Positions 47,730-57,620 of a stretch of 64,000 nt of DNA are shown here, one piece after another. Position 1 is the stretch's first letter. The number at the start of each line of letters is the position of its first letter. A program made the position numbers and the translations under genes. Under the pieces are notes generated by a model. The model was not told the origin of the DNA. It did no database searches and saw only the letters and a list, made by a program, of their open reading frames with translations. The stretch spans positions 12,073 through 76,072 of the forward strand of contig PUMJ01000050.1 of assembly GCA_003551305.1 (NCBI GenBank), written 5' to 3'. This DNA is from Candidatus Brocadiaceae bacterium. Lineage in GTDB: Bacteria; Planctomycetota; Brocadiia; SM23-32.

Positions 47730-48999
47730 CATGCAGATAAGCGCCGCCTTCCCGAGATACGAGTCTTTCTCCCCCCTCGTCCCGGTCTGGTGCGTCACGC
47801 CCGGGCGCCCGGGATGCATTCACCGCTTCTTCGACACCTCCCCTGTCAGCCCGTCGGGGCGTTACCTGGCCGTCTTCCAGTTGCCTTACGAGGACCGGCT
47901 GCCGACCCCTGGCGACGCCGGCCGCGTGGTGGTCATTGACCTGCAGACCGGCGAGGACCGGCTCGTCACCGAAACGCGCGGCTGGGAGACGCAGATGGGG
48001 GCCAACATCAACTGGGGCGGCTCCGATACCGAACTCTACTTCAACGATGTAGATACCGAGACCTGGATCCCCTTCGCCTGGAAGCTCGACCCCCTCTCGG
48101 GCCGCAAAACGCGCCTGGAGGGCACCGTTTACCACGCCTCGCCGGACGGCCGCCGGCTCATCTCGGCCAACATGACCACCATGCGCCGCACGCAGCCCGG
48201 CTACGGCGTGGTGGTCCCCGACGAGCACGTGCGGCGCAACGTCGGCCCCGCCGGCGACGACGGCTTCCACCTGACCGACACCCGCACCGGCCGGCGGCGC
48301 CTGCTGGCCTCCATACGCGAACTGCTGGCCGAGGCTGACCCGCCCGTCCTCATGGACGAGCCCGGCCGGCAGGCCATCTACGGCTTCCACGGCAAGTTCA
48401 ACCCGGCCGGCGACTGGCTGATGCTGAGCCTGCGCTGGTTCACGGCCCGCGAAGAGCCCGTCTTCGACGCGTTCTCGCGTGACGACGTGGAGGTCCGCTT
48501 TGCCTGGGTCACCATGCCGCTGGAGGGAACCCGCAGGCACTGCGCCATCGGCCCCGAGCTGTGGGAGAGGGGCGGGCACCACGCCACGTGGCGTCCGGAC
48601 GGCCGCCGCATCTCCATGAACCTCAACATAGACCGGGACGTCATGCGTTTCTGCGAGGTCAACGCGGACGGCAGCGGGCTGCGCAAGATGCGCGAGGACC
48701 TGACCGGCTCGGGCCACCCGACGGTGCATCGCGACGGACGCCACCTGATAACGGACACCTATACGTGGGAGGAGGTCTCCTTCGGCGACGGCACGGTGCC
48801 CCTGCGCTGGGTGGACCTGCGGACCGGGCAGGAACAGGTGGCGGTGCGCATCAACACCCGGCCGCGTAGCGGGATCAGCGCGCTACGCGTGGACCCGCAC
48901 CCCGCCTGGGACCGCTCATGGCGCTACGTGACGTTCAACGGATTCGTGGACGGCACGCGCCGCGTTTACATCGCGGATATGAGCGGGCTGCTCGGGTGA
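47730..48999 (+). CDS. Beta-propeller protein, oligogalacturonate lyase-like (PL22-like)
   Basis: N-terminus MQISAAFPRYESF...TPG resembles the OGL-family N-terminus; WD40/TolB-like repeats follow. The long upstream ORF extension is rejected. Confidence 0.55.
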
Positions 49000-49141
49000 G
49001 CCTGCTCACCCGGGCTGTGGCCCCGCACGATTGAGCAGCCCGCCCCGCATGCAAAGCCCCTGGCAGGGGCGGCTCAGGGAGTATCCGTCTGATTCTCCCC
49101 CTCCGGGGGCCATCCCGCGCCCCTTCACTGCGCAGGCGGCG

Positions 49142-50470
49142 TCAGACGATGTCAGCGGCCGGGGTTGTCTTGCGCCCGCTGATATCTTTCAGCAGGGTGG
49201 GTCCGTCCTCCACAAGGGGGTCGGGGCGGCCCCAGCGGGCCTGCATCTGCTCCAGCCACCGGTCCAGGCGGCGTTCCAACTCGGCGGCCACCTCCGGCTC
49301 GGTGTGTATCAAGTTGCCCTGCTCCTCGGGGTCCCGGGCCAGGTTGTAGAGTTCCTTCGGCGCGCTGCCGTGCCAGTTGTGGCGGTAGGTGTCGGAGGCC
49401 GCGCGGATGAACTTCCACTCCCGCGTGCGCACGCCGCGCTTGACCTGCCAGGTGGCCTCCCCCAGGAAGAGGCTCTCGTGGGGGCCGTCTTCCGGCGCGG
49501 GCCCTATGGCCAGCAGGTCGGCGCCTTCCATCGGCTCGGGCACGGGCAGGCCGGCGCGCCTCAGCAGGGTCACCGGCAGGTCGGTCATCTGCGTCAGGCC
49601 TTTCACGCGCTCGCCGGCTCGCTCCGCGCCGGGCAGCTTCATGATGAGCGGCACGTGCAGGTTGGCGTCGTAGAGGCCGTGGTGGTCGAAGGCGCCCTCG
49701 TGCTCGGTCAACACCTCGCCGTGGTCGGAGAAGGCCACGATGAGCGTCTCGTCGTAGAGGCCGCGCTCTTTGAGCGCCTCGAACAGGCGCCAGAGTTGCT
49801 CGCCGTTGTAGGCGATCTCGGCGTCGTACTGGGCCACGACGTAATCGGCGTCGGCAATATCGTCGTCCACCCAGCCAACACCGGGGCTGCCCTGGGCCCG
49901 GCAGCGGCGCATCGAACTGTGCCGGGGGTCGGTCGGGTCGCCCTCGTAGTAGAGTCCGTTATAGGGGCCGGGGGGGAAGTACGGCGTGTGGGGGTCCCAG
50001 TAGTGCAGGAACACCAGGAAAGGGTCGGCGGCGGACAGTTCGTCCATCAGATCGGTGGCGGCGCCGGTGACCAGTTCGCCGTTTCTTTTCTCTCGCTTCT
50101 TTTTGTCGCGGCCCATGTCGGGCCAGGAGTATTGCTCCCACCCGCGGCGGAAGAACTCGGCGTGCCCCTGCAGATTGTCCAGGGCGCAGGTCTGGTAGCC
50201 GGCCGCGGCGAAAAGCTCCGGCAGCCACGGGGCCTCCTCGGGCAGCCCGCGCGGGGGTATGACGCCCGCGATGGCGTGCCCGTAGTCGGGCAGACCGGTG
50301 AACAGCGAGGTGAAGGATGGGTCGGTGGGGATGGAGGGGGCGAAGAAGTTCTCGAACAGCACGCCGTCCTCGGCCAGCGCCTGAAGGGCCGGGCTGGTCG
50401 CCCTCTCGTAGCCGTAGCAGTCCAGGTGGTCGGCACGCAGCGTGTCAACCGCTATAAGAATGATGTTCAT
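49142..50470 (-). CDS. Sulfatase-like hydrolase/transferase (alkaline phosphatase superfamily; no C/S-x-P-x-R formylglycine motif)
   Basis: IAVDTLRADHL N-terminus; the position of the FGly motif reads SIPTD. Confidence 0.7.
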   Translation of the reverse strand: MNIILIAVDTLRADHLDCYGYERATSPALQALAEDGVLFENFFAPSIPTDPSFTSLFTGLPDYGHAIAGVIPPRGLPEEAPWLPELFAAAGYQTCALDNLQGHAEFFRRGWEQYSWPDMGRDKKKREKRNGELVTGAATDLMDELSAADPFLVFLHYWDPHTPYFPPGPYNGLYYEGDPTDPRHSSMRRCRAQGSPGVGWVDDDIADADYVVAQYDAEIAYNGEQLWRLFEALKERGLYDETLIVAFSDHGEVLTEHEGAFDHHGLYDANLHVPLIMKLPGAERAGERVKGLTQMTDLPVTLLRRAGLPVPEPMEGADLLAIGPAPEDGPHESLFLGEATWQVKRGVRTREWKFIRAASDTYRHNWHGSAPKELYNLARDPEEQGNLIHTEPEVAAELERRLDRWLEQMQARWGRPDPLVEDGPTLLKDISGRKTTPAADIV

Positions 50471-50507
50471 AGGCGTTTCCTCTCGGGGTTTGCGATCGGC
50501 ATGGGGC

Positions 50508-51824
50508 TCATCTATCGGTGATGCGCTCTCCGCCGGCGGGGATGCTCAGCCCCCCGCAACAGCAGAACATGTCGTCGGGCTTCATCATCAGCCTGTCGGC
50601 GAGCATTTCCCAAAGGTCCGGGTGTTCGCTGCACAGGGCGAAGGGGGTGTCCGGGCTGATGCGGCGGGCTTCCTCGATGTAATGGGCGTAAATCTCGGCC
50701 CGCACGCCGAGCGGAAAAGGCGCGTGGCGCAGCCCGGCCAGCTCATCCGCCGTCTCGCGCATGCGGCGCATGAAGTCCTGGTCCATGGCGTTCACGTCGA
50801 AGATGCGCTCGAACTCCGAGGCCTCCATCATGGCCAGCACCCATCCGCGCAGGACCTCCGGGGTAACCCGGTCAAACAGGAGTTCCAGCATCTGCGTGGT
50901 CTGCTCGCGCCAGTCGGCGATGGGGATGATGGGGGAGAAGCCGGCCCGCACCGGGAACCCCTCCCGCTGGCAGAAACGCATGGCCTCGATGCGCCGCTGA
51001 AGCGAGGGGGTGCCGGGTTCACTCTGGCGCACCTGCCCGTCCATGCAGAGTGTCCAGTTGATGGGCACGTGCTCGCGATAGGACAGGTCTGCCAGCCATC
51101 GCACGTTGTCGCTGCGGGTGTAGAGCAGCAGGTATTTGCCGTGCTCGGCAAAGCAACGAGCCAGCGTCTCGGAAGCGCCGTATTCCGGCTCGAACGCCAG
51201 CACGTCGCTGTAAAGGTCATAGCGATAGAGGAGCTGCTCGGGGCGGCGTTCGAACATGGCCGCCAGATGCCGGCAGAAATCCTCGATGTCCAGCATCAGG
51301 TTGACCACGAAGCCGTTGCCGCAGTAAGCGCATTTATGCACACAGCCGCTGACTGTGTGCACTCCCCAGCCGCCCTGGCAGACGAAATGGCGGTTGGGGG
51401 TCAGCAGCTCGCGTTGGCTGAAGGCGAAGTCCTCCCCGACCCCGCAGAAATGGTTCTGCAGGCGGCGGGCGTGCGGGTTCCTCAGTTGCCGGGGTTGCGG
51501 CAGCCGTTCCGACTCGTCCCACACAAAGGTGTTAAACACGATGACCGGGTCGCCGGGCATGTCGAAGTAGCCCTGGCGGACGCGGCCGTGGCCTCCCCCG
51601 ATTCTCTCCTCCGTGGCAATCTCTTCTGTGGCGCCGGCCGCCTCGATCACCTGCGGCAGATCCTCCAAACCCACGACCGGCACGTCGGCGCGGCTCACAC
51701 CCATGGCGTCCAGCATGCGCTCCATGCGCTCGACAGCTTCCGGGTTGTCGAAGACGCGTTCATGGGCGAAAAGAGCGGCTGGTTCCAGCTCATACACGGT
51801 ATCTTGCCTCAGATCGGCAGGCAC
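50508..51824 (-). CDS. Radical SAM protein (CxxxCxxC: CVHKCAYC), SPL-like
   Basis: Radical SAM cysteine triad at about aa 165. C-terminal CCCGG. Confidence 0.6.
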   Translation of the reverse strand: MPADLRQDTVYELEPAALFAHERVFDNPEAVERMERMLDAMGVSRADVPVVGLEDLPQVIEAAGATEEIATEERIGGGHGRVRQGYFDMPGDPVIVFNTFVWDESERLPQPRQLRNPHARRLQNHFCGVGEDFAFSQRELLTPNRHFVCQGGWGVHTVSGCVHKCAYCGNGFVVNLMLDIEDFCRHLAAMFERRPEQLLYRYDLYSDVLAFEPEYGASETLARCFAEHGKYLLLYTRSDNVRWLADLSYREHVPINWTLCMDGQVRQSEPGTPSLQRRIEAMRFCQREGFPVRAGFSPIIPIADWREQTTQMLELLFDRVTPEVLRGWVLAMMEASEFERIFDVNAMDQDFMRRMRETADELAGLRHAPFPLGVRAEIYAHYIEEARRISPDTPFALCSEHPDLWEMLADRLMMKPDDMFCCCGGLSIPAGGERITDR

Positions 51825-51877
51825 GGTTGCTCAGTCCGCCGTAGCGTCCGTGGGGCATCCGGTTCTCGGGACCCCTA

Positions 51878-53611
51878 TCAGGGGTGCGAGCCATGCGCCT
51901 CCACTCTCTCGATGCCGAAGCCGGCGCGGATGTAGTCGTTGACGGCCCTGGCGGTGTATTGCGGCCGCCAGTTGGCCCTGGACTGCTCGCGCACCTCGGC
52001 CACGAACGCCTCGAAAGTCGGCTCCCCGCCCACCGCCGCATTGTAACGGGCGACGGTGCGCTCGGGGTCGGCGAAGCTGACCTCTTGCGCCACGGCTCCC
52101 CTCTCCCCGGCCCGCTCGACCCAGCCGTCCAGCCCGTAGCTCTGGTCGCCGATCCTGAACCACCGCTCCGGCTCGCCGACGCCGTGGTATATGTTCTGCG
52201 CCAGGCGGTAGGGCGCCAGGTTGCCGGCGGCGTGCACCAGGGCCGCTTCAGTGGCGGTGGACTGAACCACGTTCCGCGAGATCAGGATGCTCTGCTGGCG
52301 GGCGCCCCCGGGCAACTGTACCATGGCGGAGGTGCTGTGCAGTCCGTGAATGAGGTTGCCGTGGATGCGCACGTTGCGGGTCGAGCCGCCCCCGACGCGG
52401 ATGCCGTAGACGTTGCCGACCTCCGGGTTGTCCTGGTGGATGATGCAGTTACCGGCCAGCACCCCTCCGTCCCAATCACTGATGCCGATGTACCAGCCCA
52501 GGGTGCGGCCGGTGGGCCGGGTGCGCCCGACGCCGGCCAGGACGTTGTTGATGATGGTGACGTTCTGAAAGCGGAGCGGTTCGTCCGTGTTGCCGCCGAT
52601 GCCGATGCCGATCTCGCCCTCGACGTAGAGGTTGTCGTCTATCAGCAGGTCGCTCGAGGCGCCGGGATTGTCGGCGCGCCACTTGTTGCCCATGCTGGCC
52701 GCGCGCAGGAACATGTTGCCGCGGAAGACGACGTTCCGGCACCGGCTGAAGTAGGTATTATGGTTGAACATCGTGGCGCGGCCTTCGCTGCGATTACGTC
52801 CTCCGTCGCCCTGGATGCGCCAGCCGTTATGGTCGAAGATGTTCTCCTCCAGCAGCATTCCGTCCAGCCCGGCGGCAAAGAACCCGTTGGAGTGGCCGGT
52901 GACCGAGTAGGTGTTCAGCACCAGGTTACGCCGCACAACCGCGCCCCGGAAACTGCCCCGTCGGGTCTGCATGACCAGGGACCCGAACTCGATGCGGCAG
53001 TCTTCCACAAGGATGTGACGGCCGGCGCCGTCGGGGCCTACAAGGAAATGGAAACCGCTGTTGCCGGCGTAGGACTCGAACTCAGGGCTCTCCGTGTCGC
53101 GGGTGTGCGCGTGGAAGTGCAGCCCGACGATGGCCATGTTCTCGAACGAGCCGTAGAGGAAGATGGCCCCGCCCACGCGGCCCGTCTTCAACAGGGGGCG
53201 GGCCTCATCCGGCCCGTAGGTAGCGAGCAAGAAGCGCTCGGACGGGGAGCGGCCGTCCGGCAGGGAGCGGATCGTCTCGCGCTGATACCATGTGTCGCCG
53301 CGCCGCAGCAGCACCCAGTCCGCAGCGCCGGAACGCGCGTGCTCCAGGGCGGCCTCCACGGTGCGGAAGGGGCGGACCTGCCCGGCGGGCAGGAAGGGGT
53401 CCGCACCCACGGCGGCGTCCCCCGGTGAGTGGGGGCGGCCCATCTCGTCGTCACCGTGGCTGCTGCTGACGTAGATGAGGCGGGTGTCCCGCGACGGGGT
53501 GAACACCGTCCATCCTTCAGCGTCCCTTGCCAGACCTTCGGCCCCCTCGGCAGGGGCGCACAGCACACCGGCGACCAAAAGCGCCGCGAGAGCGCAACCG
53601 GGTATCCTCAT
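51878..53611 (-). CDS. Secreted right-handed parallel beta-helix repeat protein (pectate-lyase-fold)
   Basis: Signal peptide; repeated N-x-V/I-x-x-N beta-helix rungs. Confidence 0.65.
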   Translation of the reverse strand: MRIPGCALAALLVAGVLCAPAEGAEGLARDAEGWTVFTPSRDTRLIYVSSSHGDDEMGRPHSPGDAAVGADPFLPAGQVRPFRTVEAALEHARSGAADWVLLRRGDTWYQRETIRSLPDGRSPSERFLLATYGPDEARPLLKTGRVGGAIFLYGSFENMAIVGLHFHAHTRDTESPEFESYAGNSGFHFLVGPDGAGRHILVEDCRIEFGSLVMQTRRGSFRGAVVRRNLVLNTYSVTGHSNGFFAAGLDGMLLEENIFDHNGWRIQGDGGRNRSEGRATMFNHNTYFSRCRNVVFRGNMFLRAASMGNKWRADNPGASSDLLIDDNLYVEGEIGIGIGGNTDEPLRFQNVTIINNVLAGVGRTRPTGRTLGWYIGISDWDGGVLAGNCIIHQDNPEVGNVYGIRVGGGSTRNVRIHGNLIHGLHSTSAMVQLPGGARQQSILISRNVVQSTATEAALVHAAGNLAPYRLAQNIYHGVGEPERWFRIGDQSYGLDGWVERAGERGAVAQEVSFADPERTVARYNAAVGGEPTFEAFVAEVREQSRANWRPQYTARAVNDYIRAGFGIERVEAHGSHP

Positions 53612-53802
53612 GTCCTCATCCTCCGTTCAGCAGGGCGCAACGCGGTCGGGGCCCTCCCTGGCACCGACCCGGAGGGCATTGTACGGGCGCCGGGACGGCC
53701 GGTCAACGCGCCGTGGGGGGGAGGGCAGGCCCCTCGCCTTCGGTTTGCAGGTATGGCTCCGCGGTGTATCATGGTCACTTACCCCCTCTTTCCGGAGAGA
53801 CC

Positions 53803-55125
53803 ATGAGACTCAACTGTGCCCGCAGTAGACTGACCCTCTGCGCGGCGGCGCTGATGGCCCTCGTGCTGGCTGCGCCGGTGCGCGCCGACCGCGCCTCCAC
53901 GCAGGAACGGGACCGCGCCGTGCGCCGGCTGATGCGGGAGCACCTGGAGACGAACCTGATGCTCTGGTGGCTGGAGCACAGCCCGGATTGGCAATATGGC
54001 GGGTTCCTGCTGGAGCTGGACCGTTACGGCCGCCCGCGCCGCGGCCGCAAGATGCTGGTCACGCAGACGCGGCAGATATGGTCCTTCGCCCGCCTGTGGC
54101 GGGCCGGCTACCGCGACCCCCGCCTGCGGGAAGCCGCCGAGCGGGGGCTGGACTTCCTGGAAGAGCACTTCTGGGACGAGGAGCACGAGGGCTGGTTCCT
54201 GCGCACGGACCGGGCGGGCGAGCCGACCCAGACCCAGAAGAGCACCTACGCCCACGCGTTCGTGATCTTTGCCGGGGCCGAGTATTACCGCGCCTTCGGC
54301 GACGAGCGGGGGCTGCAGGTGGCCGAGCGGACTTTCCGAGTGCTGGAGGAGCATGCGGCCGACCCGGACCACGTGGGCTACTTCAACGAGTTCCGCCGGG
54401 ACTGGAGCCCGCCGCGGTGGGGGGGCCGCACCAAGAGCATGAACACCCAGCTCCACCTGATGGAGGCTCTGGCGGAACTCTACCGCGCCACCGGCGATGA
54501 GGTCCACGCACAGAGGTTGCGCGAGATACTGGATGCCATGGTCGAGAACGCCTACCTGCCCGAGCACAGGGTCTGCCTTGAATACTTCGGGCCGGACTGG
54601 ACGCCCGTGACCGAAGGTCGGGCCGGGTGGCGCAACCGCCACACCTCCTACGGGCACAATGTGGAATTCGCCTGGCTGATGCAGGAGGCGGTGGAGGTGC
54701 TCGACCTGCCGCCGGAGCCCTATCGGGAGATCGGCCTGGCCCTGGTGGACCGGGCGCTGGAGAGCGCCTGGGAGCCCATGACCGGCGCCCTTTACAACGC
54801 CGGTCCCCTGGAGGGCAGGGCCACAGACCACCAGGTGAGCTGGTGGCCGCAGGCGGAGAGCCTGGTGGCGCTGGACTGGGCCTGGCGTACCACGGGCGAG
54901 GAGCGCTACCTGACAGCCCTGGAACGCCAGGCACGATGGGTGGTGGACCACCAGGCTGACGGCGTCTACGGCGGCTGGTGGGATACGCTCGCCCCGGACG
55001 GCACCGTTATCGGGCCGCGGAAAGCCCACGAATGGCACGGCGCCTACCACGAGGTGCGCGGCGTGCTGAAAGTCGCCGAGGACGTCTGGAACGACGGCGA
55101 GAACCGGGCCGAGAGCCGACCCTGA
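53803..55125 (+). CDS. N-acylglucosamine 2-epimerase (AGE) family protein, secreted
   Basis: Signal peptide MRLNCARSRLTLCAAALMALVLAAPVRA, then an AGE-family (alpha/alpha)6 barrel. Confidence 0.75.
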   Translation: MRLNCARSRLTLCAAALMALVLAAPVRADRASTQERDRAVRRLMREHLETNLMLWWLEHSPDWQYGGFLLELDRYGRPRRGRKMLVTQTRQIWSFARLWRAGYRDPRLREAAERGLDFLEEHFWDEEHEGWFLRTDRAGEPTQTQKSTYAHAFVIFAGAEYYRAFGDERGLQVAERTFRVLEEHAADPDHVGYFNEFRRDWSPPRWGGRTKSMNTQLHLMEALAELYRATGDEVHAQRLREILDAMVENAYLPEHRVCLEYFGPDWTPVTEGRAGWRNRHTSYGHNVEFAWLMQEAVEVLDLPPEPYREIGLALVDRALESAWEPMTGALYNAGPLEGRATDHQVSWWPQAESLVALDWAWRTTGEERYLTALERQARWVVDHQADGVYGGWWDTLAPDGTVIGPRKAHEWHGAYHEVRGVLKVAEDVWNDGENRAESRP

Positions 55126-55156
55126 CCGGCACGTTTCGCGGCCACTGCCCGCGCCG

Positions 55157-55195
55157 CTGCCGCCGGCCAACCTTGCCGTGTATAGCCGGCGGCAG
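55157..55195 (+). terminator. Strong stem-loop (11-bp stem) downstream of the AGE gene; possible terminator
   Basis: CTGCCGCCGGC-N17-GCCGGCGGCAG. No clear T-tract follows. Confidence 0.3.
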
Positions 55196-55360
55196 TTGGC
55201 CGCGCACCGGGCGCCGAAGACTGCATCCCCGCCTGCCCCCGGCCCGCCTCCCGCGGCGGCGGCATTCTTTCCCGCTGGGCAGAGCCGAGCCATTCGGTTA
55301 AAATGGATACAGGACGGTCAAGGCTTCAGACAGCACCCACACCCGAAACGGGACGCCCTG

Positions 55361-55951
55361 ATGAATGAAGAAGAGAGACAGAGAAGCACTTTCATGGGGC
55401 CGATCGCGCTGGTCTTCTTCGTACTGCTCATCATCGGGACGGTGCTCTACATCGCCCTGGTTCTCCCAGAAGAGGGTTTCCAAGCAGGCGTGCTGCCGAC
55501 TCCGCGCATCCCCGCCGAGCCGCAGGATACGGACCTGACCATGGAGTACGAATGGCGGGTCTACGACGCCGACGGGGAAGAGCTCGACGTGGGCGCCTTC
55601 CGGGGAAAAGCGCTCTTCGTCAACATCTGGGCCACCTGGTCCCCGCTGGCCGTGGAGGAGATACCGGCCATCCAGAGGCTCTATGACCAGGTCGCCGACG
55701 AGGAGGGGATCGCCGTGCTGGCCATCGCCATGGACAGCCCGAACTCGGTGCGCCACTTCGCCGAGCGCAACAACATCACCATGCCCGTATACAGCACGCG
55801 GCACATCCCGGACAAGCTGGATACCCAGACGATACCGACCACCTACGTGGTGGCGCCGGACGGCCGGGTCGTCTTTGAGCATACCCGCGCGGCAGCATGG
55901 GATGAGCCGGTTGTGGTCGAGTTCCTGCGCCAGCTCGCACCGGCACCGTGA
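55361..55951 (+). CDS. Thioredoxin-like (TlpA/redoxin) membrane-anchored protein lacking the CxxC motif
   Basis: N-terminal TM, then NIWATWSPLAVEE where TlpA has WCxxC. Confidence 0.55.
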   Translation: MNEEERQRSTFMGPIALVFFVLLIIGTVLYIALVLPEEGFQAGVLPTPRIPAEPQDTDLTMEYEWRVYDADGEELDVGAFRGKALFVNIWATWSPLAVEEIPAIQRLYDQVADEEGIAVLAIAMDSPNSVRHFAERNNITMPVYSTRHIPDKLDTQTIPTTYVVAPDGRVVFEHTRAAAWDEPVVVEFLRQLAPAP

Positions 55952-56145
55952 GGGCGGACGGCTCAGCGCGACGACATGACGGGCACCACGAACCACACCG
56001 GCGGCGGGATGAGGACCCACGGGCGGAGTTTCAACCCCGGCGGGCAGCCTTGTTGTGAACTGCGTGGAGAGTTGGAGGGAGAGGGTCCGAATCCGTCCCT
56101 ATTGGTGCGGGGGAAGAGCGGACCAGTGACGCAGGAGGACGCCGG

Positions 56146-57492
56146 ATGAAGGTGCAGACGGCCGTTGTGCTGCTTGCCGCCGGGTTGTTGCAGGCGTGCG
56201 CGGGCCTGCCGCAAGAGCCCGTCGCGGGGATGGACCTCGAGGCGGAGGCGAGGGGTTTTGTGGAGGAGATGCACGTGGGCGAGTTCGAGGCGGCCGCGCG
56301 CCGCTTCGGCCCGGAGATGGACGAGGCCATGCCGCCCGCCCGCCTGCAGGAGAGCTGGAGCCTGCTGACCGGCCAGGTCGGCGCCCTGGAGCGCGTCACG
56401 GCCGTCCGGCAGGAGGAGGTGGGACAGTTCCGGGCCGCCATCGTCGCGTCCCGTTTCGAGCGGGCCACCATAGACATCAAAATGGTCTTCGACGCCCGGG
56501 GCCACATAACGGGCTTGTGGTTCCTGCCCGGCCTGTCGGAGGATGTGGCCGGGCCGCCGGCCTACGCCGAGCCGGACAGGTTCGAGGAGGTCGAAGTGAC
56601 CGTCGGCCGGGGCGAGTGGGCCGCGCCCGGCACCCTGTCGCTGCCGGTCGGGGAGGGGCCGTTCCCGGCCGTGGTGCTCGTGCACGGCTCCGGGCCACAG
56701 GACCGCGACCAGACAGTCGGCGGCGTCAAGCCGTTCCGCGACCTGGCCTGGGGGCTGGCCTCGCGCGGCGTCGCCGTGCTGCGCTACGAGAAGCGCACCT
56801 ACGCCCACCGGGACCGGCTCTTCGCCCTGCAGACGGCCATCACGGTGAGGGAGGAGACCATTGACGACGCCCTGGCCGCCGCTGAACTGCTGCGGGGACA
56901 CGAGCGCGTTGATCGCGACCGCATCTTCTTGCTCGGCCACAGCCTGGGAGCCATGCTGGCACCGCGCATCGCCGCAGAAGACGAGGGGATAGCGGGCTTC
57001 ATATTGATGGCCGCCCCCGCCCGCCCGCTGGAAGACGCCATCCTGCACCAGACGGCCCACGTGTTCGGGCTGGACGGGGAGCTTTCAGAGACCCAGCAGA
57101 GCCACCTGCGGCAGATCGAGCAGCAGGTAGCCCGCATCAAGCGGCTGCGCCCGACGGACGCAGACTCCGGCGAGGTGCTGCTGGGCGCCGCCCCCGCCTA
57201 CTGGCTGGACCTGCGGGGCTATGACGCCCCCCGCCGCGCCGCCGACATGCGGCGCCCGCTGCTGGTGCTGCATGGGGGGCGCGACTACCAGGTCACGGAC
57301 GAGGACTTCAGCCGCTGGCACCGCGCCCTGCACCGCCGCGACAACGTCACCCTCAGGGACTACCCTGACCTGAACCACCTGTTCATCTCCGGCGAAGGCC
57401 GCAGCACCCCGGCTGAATACCAGCAGCCCGCCAACGTCTCGGAGGTCGTGGTGCGCGACATCGCCCGCTGGATCCGTGAGACCGGAAGGTAA
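56146..57492 (+). CDS. Alpha/beta hydrolase lipoprotein (dienelactone hydrolase / S9-like)
   Basis: Lipoprotein signal (LLQACAG), GHSLG nucleophile elbow, and VVLVHGSG. Confidence 0.75.
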   Translation: MKVQTAVVLLAAGLLQACAGLPQEPVAGMDLEAEARGFVEEMHVGEFEAAARRFGPEMDEAMPPARLQESWSLLTGQVGALERVTAVRQEEVGQFRAAIVASRFERATIDIKMVFDARGHITGLWFLPGLSEDVAGPPAYAEPDRFEEVEVTVGRGEWAAPGTLSLPVGEGPFPAVVLVHGSGPQDRDQTVGGVKPFRDLAWGLASRGVAVLRYEKRTYAHRDRLFALQTAITVREETIDDALAAAELLRGHERVDRDRIFLLGHSLGAMLAPRIAAEDEGIAGFILMAAPARPLEDAILHQTAHVFGLDGELSETQQSHLRQIEQQVARIKRLRPTDADSGEVLLGAAPAYWLDLRGYDAPRRAADMRRPLLVLHGGRDYQVTDEDFSRWHRALHRRDNVTLRDYPDLNHLFISGEGRSTPAEYQQPANVSEVVVRDIARWIRETGR

Positions 57493-57620
57493 GCGGGACG
57501 CCGAGGAGCCCCGCCCCCCTGCGGCGGGAACGCGGAGGACTGCAGACATGCGGCCACCTCATGCCGTCGATCCGCCGCCGCCCGGCAGGCAGATCCAGCG
57601 TCTGTGGCTGTCGTCCCTTT

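Noticed and set aside
45664-48999. 1111-aa plus-strand ORF.
   Set aside because: Only the C-terminal 423 aa (from MQISAAF at 47730) look real, forming the OGL-like beta-propeller. The upstream part is antisense to the OYE/GltD fusion gene and crosses an intergenic region.
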